Positions 63,192 through 64,000 of a DNA stretch of 64,000 nt are shown piece after piece. The position numbers and the translations under genes are program-made. Numbering within the stretch: the first letter of the stretch is position 1; every line of letters starts with the position of its first letter. A model generated the notes under the pieces. The model was not told where the DNA came from, searched no databases, and worked only from the letters and a program-made list of their open reading frames with translations. This stretch comes from Balanoglossus misakiensis. Lineage: Eukaryota; Animalia; Hemichordata. Location of the stretch: positions 7,961,846 through 8,025,845 of the forward strand of contig CM082577.2 in NCBI GenBank assembly GCA_040954595.2, read 5' to 3'.

Positions 63192-64000
63192 ATGGAATCT
63201 CGACTAAGTGAACAATAGATGATCCCCAATAACACCCTTGTTGGGATATTTTCTGAAAAGTTTCTTGAAGCTTCCTGTCCATGTATTATAGTCATGAAAC
63301 CAAAGAGAATTCAGGAATGGGATTTTAGGTGCCGATGCCCTGTAAACTAGTGTATATTTTCGTTGTTTTTCTGTCAATGCCTGCAGTGGTAGGCAAAACA
63401 GTTCGAAACTTCTTAAACTTCCATCAACTATAATTTTGCTTATTTTTCATAATTTTTTTTTTCATGTATCACATTGAAACATGATAAAAATATGTAGTAT
63501 TTTTAGCCTAAAATACAATTATTAGTATTATTGCTCAGAAATTAATTTCAGTCTGGATTTTTTGTCACCAAACACTAAATGGGCATTACACATACAGGCT
63601 GAGTTTACCAGCGCAGTTTGAACACTTGGTTGTCCCGAAGGGTGTAGAAGAGAAAATACTGAAAAAAAACTATTTTTTATAGATTAGAACTTAATCCCAA
63701 GAGTTATTTTTCGATTTTTAAGAATTGTAACAATACCAGTGCTGTCTGAAATATAAGCCATTTTATCAAGAAAGGTAGTTTTTAGTATAAAGGTGATAAC
63801 CCCTGGAATTTAAGAATATTTGGACTTTCTGTACCATTTTATACAGCGCCCTCTATCAGAGTGCTTTCGCAGATTGTCATTTTGCTATTGGTTTCTTGCA
63901 ATGTGGAGTTTAGTGAAATAAATTTATTTTTATCAAATTTGATCAATTCGCTCTTATGAACTTGTAGTTTGGTTGTGTCTGTGTTCATGAACATTCCTTA

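Overview
This is eukaryotic, intron-containing DNA, most likely from an invertebrate animal; the taxon cannot be fixed from sequence alone. Most listed ORFs are exon fragments or spurious, so I rebuilt genes by hand from GT-AG junctions and checked phase and length. Gene order: a small orphan single-pass membrane protein (+); an SLC46-family MFS transporter (-); a secreted angiopoietin-like fibrinogen-domain protein (-); a ~42 kb tandem array of 13 apparently intact LITAF/CDIP1-domain genes (12 on -, 1 inverted on +); survivin/BIRC5 (+); CCDC96 (-); thymidine kinase TK1 (+). The main finding is the LITAF array. All 13 copies keep the CxxC...HxCxxC zinc site and identical intron phases. They differ in PPxY/PSAP adaptor motifs and the C-terminal YxxL-type sorting tail. 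The array includes two recent ~2.5-2.9 kb tandem duplications and one inverted copy with an 11x GYPQQP repeat. Several MITE-like elements and microsatellites are also present. Functional interpretations are inference.
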